Shown in pieces: positions 63,974 to 64,000 of a DNA stretch of 64,000 nucleotides. The notes beneath the pieces were generated by a model. It was given only the letters and a program-made list of their open reading frames with translations, had not been told where the DNA came from and did no database searches. Positions within the stretch are counted from its first letter, which is position 1; each line of letters begins with the position of its first letter. Origin of the DNA: Octopus bimaculoides (lineage: Eukaryota); contig NC_068994.1 in NCBI RefSeq assembly GCF_001194135.2, forward strand, positions 18,746,785 to 18,810,784, in the 5' to 3' direction. The position numbers and the translations under genes were made by a program.

Positions 63974-64000
63974 GTCTATCTATCTATCTATCTATCTATC
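63790..64000. repeat. (TA)n, (TG)n and (TCTA)n microsatellites, with gap 63856-63867
   Basis: Direct reading. Confidence 0.95.

Overview
AT-rich eukaryotic (animal) non-coding DNA with ten N-gaps. The repeat families match what I recall of octopus/coleoid genomes, but that assignment is inference, not a database result. There is no complete host gene, rRNA, true tRNA or CRISPR array. The window is mostly nested mobile DNA. SINE-like repeats: several tRNA-derived families (labelled A, C, C', X, D here) and many RTE-LINE 3' ends (family B). Retroelement remnants: RTE RT, CR1-like endonuclease, Penelope-like, and Gypsy gag-PR (+) with pol (-). DNA transposons: a Buster-type hAT with intact TIRs/TSD, hAT, mariner and piggyBac-like MITEs, two DD37D (maT) transposase remnants and a non-autonomous Helitron. 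Microsatellites are abundant. The most notable items are: (1) a ~340-bp hairpin at 62137-62476 with mirror-image splice signals on both strands; (2) a CpG-rich element with head-to-head telomeric repeats at 39940-40111; (3) a candidate N-myristoylated first coding exon, MGNTSSSQNNK, at 37439-37406 (-); (4) an isolated pair of intact C2H2 fingers at 52033-52221; (5) a SINE inserted into a 37-bp palindrome; and (6) a template-switch footprint in a Gypsy integrase. I cannot demonstrate a new biological system from sequence alone. Repeat boundaries are approximate unless TIR/TSD coordinates are given.
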